Positions 63,861-64,000 of a stretch of 64,000 nt of DNA are shown here, one piece after another. The notes under the pieces were generated by a model, which was not told where the DNA came from, did no database searches, and worked only from the letters and a program-made list of their open reading frames with translations. Numbering within the stretch: position 1 is the first letter of the stretch; the number at the start of each line of letters is the position of its first letter. The position numbers were made by a program, and so were the translations under genes. Source of the stretch: Camelus ferus (Eukaryota); the NCBI RefSeq assembly GCF_009834535.1, contig NC_045732.1, positions 29,512,001-29,576,000 of the forward strand, read 5' to 3'.

Positions 63861-64000
63861 CAGTGGAATGCTGGTAAATGTTACACACCTGGCTTTGGGG
63901 CTTTGGAGTGGAGCCCTAATTATAGCATTTGCCAATTTCTATGGTGTAAATACTCCCACCATGGTTGATTTCAAGCTACCAACTTGATGTCACTGAATGA
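63861..64000 (-). mobile_element. MER63-like hAT-Blackjack element (runs off the window end)
   Basis: cagtggaatgctggtaaatg ... gccaatttctatggtgtaaatactcccaccatggttgatttcaagctaccaac. Confidence 0.75.

Larger units (their letters stand above)
1..64000 (-). other. DMD: Internal segment of the dystrophin gene, from intron 55 (right end) to intron 59 (left end)
   Basis: Exons 56, 57 and 59 and the Dp116 first exon are in correct order on the minus strand, with lengths 173/157/269 bp as in human DMD. Confidence 0.98.

Noticed and set aside
1-64000. CRISPR arrays, tRNA/rRNA/snoRNA/miRNA genes, endogenous viral ORFs, prokaryotic-type systems
   Set aside because: No repeat-spacer arrays, cloverleaf or box motifs, long hairpins or viral-like coding regions were recognised by eye; an Infernal/Rfam scan and BLASTx would be needed to exclude faint ones.

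Overview
Mammalian genomic DNA (AT-rich, CpG-depleted, rich in ancient repeats) from inside the dystrophin gene DMD, which runs on the minus strand. Coding exons 59 (1878-2146, 269 bp), 57 (18411-18567, 157 bp) and 56 (27764-27936, 173 bp) are directly readable with canonical GT-AG sites. Exon 58 is not readable and most likely lies in the 212-N gap at 2715-2926; exons 57 and 59 are phase-incompatible without it. The Schwann-cell isoform Dp116 first exon (MLHRKTYHVK, 28649-28678) and its promoter lie 712 bp upstream of exon 56, and the remaining ~35 kb is intron 55. The rest is L2, MIR, MER DNA transposons, old LTRs and several short L1 3' insertions with target-site duplications, two of them 5'-inverted. 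The younger L1 type and the lack of recognisable young SINEs suggest a camelid host (inference). I found no RNA genes, CRISPR arrays or additional protein-coding genes, and no convincing new biological system. The best leads are at the Dp116 first exon (in-frame upstream ATG adding a dicysteine/basic N-terminus, a start-stop uORF inside a hairpin, a SOX10-dimer/TEAD/TATA module) plus an unexplained ~44-bp direct repeat at 55600/56555. Repeat family names are from recalled consensus sequences and their boundaries are approximate unless a TSD is given.
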